Shown in pieces: positions 62,221 through 64,000 of a stretch of 64,000 bases of DNA; position 1 is the stretch's first letter; each line of letters begins with the position of its first letter. Source of the stretch: a virus (taxonomy: Duplodnaviria; Caudoviricetes). Below the pieces are notes generated by a model that was not told where the DNA came from, searched no databases, and was given only the letters and a program-made list of their open reading frames with translations. The translations under genes and the position numbers were made by a program. The stretch lies in the IMG/VR virus record IMGVR_UViG_3300005458_000015, positions 1-64,000 of that record, one strand, 5' to 3'.

Positions 62221-63329
62221 ACTGTCCAGGGGCGGGTCAACCGCCAAGAAGTCTCTACAAGGCCATCAGCCATTACCGGCTGCGTAATAATCGGCCACAC
62301 TTCTCGACAGGGTGGGGTGAATGCTCTCACTGCCGTGGTGCCTACACAGTCCGACCTCTCAAGACGGGTGCAGCGGCTGTCTGGCGACACAAGCCGATCA
62401 GCGAGTGCACGGAGAAGGAACAGAAACTGAACCTTCGCCGCAAGGAACGCTGGCTGATCTACTACAACATGAACCACATATCTGGTCTACCAACCGGGGT
62501 TTTTGGTGGGCAGGTTGGCACCTACTTCAACGTAGTAGAAACCCCTGGAGTCCGAACAACGGCGACACTCACGAGGGAGACCTATTGGCACCCCAACCAG
62601 CAGGTTTTCCGAGTGGAGTTGGGCTCCAACACCCAGAACACCTCAGGTCAATGGGTGTTCCAGGTGAACGACCAGATCTACGTCAACAACACGAACAGGA
62701 TGACCATGGCAGTTGACTATGCATCCTGGAACGCTTGGAACCAGACCGTCACGGTCAGCAACTACGCCCGCATCGAAGGGTGTAACACCTGGACACAGTG
62801 GGTCCAGCCCTACCAGGGAGTGTTGCAGGGCAACTCCGTTGTTGCCGTGAACGCCTTTGGTGCTGCGGGAGTCAGACCACCTGCTTACACCCGTCCGATC
62901 GAAGACCCTGCTGTCAGGGCAGAGCGGGAGCGTCAGCAGGCCGAGGCACTATTCCAGCGGGTCCAGGCCGAAAACGTGGCAAGGGCAGAGGCGCAGAAGA
63001 CAGCGCACGAGACGCTGTTGTCGCTGCTCACGCCCGAACAGCGGGAGGAGTACCAGGTCCGCAAGCACTTCCATGTCCGAGGTTCCAAGGGGACGCTCTA
63101 TCGCATCCTGCACGGCTCCTCGGGCAACGTCCGTCAGGTTCTCTCCGAAGCGGACGAAGGCAGAGGGCTTCACGCCTACTGTGCCCATCCCGCAATGCGG
63201 GTGGCAGCAGATGCAGAAGCAGGGGTTGTTGGTGGCACCTTGCCCCATGAGGACGCCATGATCGCCCAGATGCTGCATTTGATGATGGACGAGGATGCCT
63301 TCCTCGCAGTGGCCAACCGACACTGGTGA
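62217..63329 (+). CDS. Ubl-associated Cys-domain protein (N-terminal Zn finger, WxxW region, C-terminal YCAHP domain)
   Basis: 'CPGAGQP...GECSHC...RH' N-terminus; C-terminus 'LLSLLTPEQREEY...FHVRGS.G..YRI...YCAHP...LPHEDAMIAQML.L..DEDAFL.VAN'. Confidence 0.65.
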   Translation: MNCPGAGQPPRSLYKAISHYRLRNNRPHFSTGWGECSHCRGAYTVRPLKTGAAAVWRHKPISECTEKEQKLNLRRKERWLIYYNMNHISGLPTGVFGGQVGTYFNVVETPGVRTTATLTRETYWHPNQQVFRVELGSNTQNTSGQWVFQVNDQIYVNNTNRMTMAVDYASWNAWNQTVTVSNYARIEGCNTWTQWVQPYQGVLQGNSVVAVNAFGAAGVRPPAYTRPIEDPAVRAERERQQAEALFQRVQAENVARAEAQKTAHETLLSLLTPEQREEYQVRKHFHVRGSKGTLYRILHGSSGNVRQVLSEADEGRGLHAYCAHPAMRVAADAEAGVVGGTLPHEDAMIAQMLHLMMDEDAFLAVANRHW

Positions 63330-63517
63330 GAAGAGTTCAGAAGGTGTTGCTGTGGTTCGGCACCATCTTCCTGACGCTGGGAGTTGCTGTTCTCATCAGC
63401 GGTATCTTTTTGGGTTTTGACCCTTCGTTACCTGCCGTCACCATGATCGCTCAGGGCTGGCCAGTAATCATGATCTTCAGAGACCGTAGGAAGGAGTGGA
63501 AACGGACAAACCGATAG
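63326..63517 (+). CDS. 2-TM membrane protein
   Basis: Hydrophobic segments; basic tail. Confidence 0.65.
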   Translation: MRRVQKVLLWFGTIFLTLGVAVLISGIFLGFDPSLPAVTMIAQGWPVIMIFRDRRKEWKRTNR

Positions 63518-63714
63518 CCCTGGCGTGGGTATTCGCATTCGCCTCGCTAGGGATGTTCATCGTTGCCATAGAGAGCGACCCCTTCTGATTCGGGGTCGCT
63601 CTCTTGTTCGCCTGGGACACCTACAAGTTCCAGAAACAAGCATGGAAAGAGGAGGATCGTGACAGAGCAATCGACGGAGACGACTCCGGCGACAACGGAG
63701 AAGACGCCGGGTAA
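63496..63714 (+). pseudogene. membrane-protein ORF interrupted by an in-frame TGA in a hairpin loop
   Basis: METDKPIALAWVFAFASLGMFIVAIESDPF*FGVALLFAWDTYKFQK...; TGA at 63586-63588. Confidence 0.4.
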
Positions 63715-64000
63715 ACGGGCTGAAGTGGCCAAGGCCAAGCCCATGTCCGCTACCCAACGGCGAGACGTGCAGAAGTTGATCGACGGCGAGTTCGAGGCCC
63801 TCAAGGGCGATCTCGGGGTCTTCACTAACCAACTGCGGATCGAACGTGCCCGTCAGATCGAAGAGCAGTTCGCAGAGCGGGAACGCCAGGCTCGTCAGGT
63901 CGAGGCGGAGTGGCAGGTCGTCTCCGCAGAACTACGAGAACGAGCAGATGCCTGGGTCCGGGCCAAGCGGGACGAGGGCTACACCATCACTGCCCGAGAC
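63659..64000 (+). CDS. coiled-coil hypothetical protein (3' partial)
   Basis: RBS GAGGAGG + GTG; open to the window end. Confidence 0.7.
   Translation, partial: MTEQSTETTPATTEKTPGKRAEVAKAKPMSATQRRDVQKLIDGEFEALKGDLGVFTNQLRIERARQIEEQFAERERQARQVEAEWQVVSAELRERADAWVRAKRDEGYTITARD

Noticed and set aside
1-64000. Genome-wide stop-codon recoding
   Set aside because: All large genes are intact under code 11; only one suspicious in-frame TGA (63586).
1-64000. Prophage or integration module
   Set aside because: No integrase, att-like tRNA duplication or host housekeeping genes in the window; lifestyle cannot be determined from this segment.

Overview
The window is a 64-kb internal segment of a large, integrase-free tailed (siphovirus-like) phage of Actinomycetota. 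The host call rests on WhiB, an Rpf-like muralytic enzyme, a DnaE-type polymerase and leaderless sigma70-type promoters. Layout: (i) 1-35025, minus-strand virion arm: tape measure (running off the left edge), tail chaperones with a -1 frameshift, tail and head-tail genes, major capsid, unusually long modular scaffold/protease/MuF proteins, portal, solo HicA, large terminase, then a 14-kb block of fibre/decoration/lysis genes and the putative small terminase. (ii) 35045-36600, tiny promoter-terminator cassettes, sRNA candidates and a D-arm-less tRNA-like element. (iii) 36604-46819, minus-strand replication arm: WhiB, RuvC, Cas4-like nuclease, HNH, DnaE, SSB, primase, DnaB. (iv) 47232-64000, plus-strand early/accessory arm: a ~750-nt non-coding structured-RNA locus with two non-canonical tRNA-like elements, single-gene cassettes, Rpf, a macrodomain-like protein, ParB-like protein, AAA+ ATPase, and an operon pairing a beta-grasp-like protein ending in -RLVGG with a Cys-containing partner and Zn-finger proteins. 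Top candidates for a new system are (1) the putative phage ubiquitin-like conjugation operon (61308-63329), (2) the tRNA-like/structured RNA locus (47648-48400), (3) Lys-site-punctuated head polyproteins carrying a capsid N-terminus mimic, and (4) a TCTGCCG-delimited mini-gene array (53353-54360). All product calls come from motif recognition by eye; no database searches or structure predictions were run.
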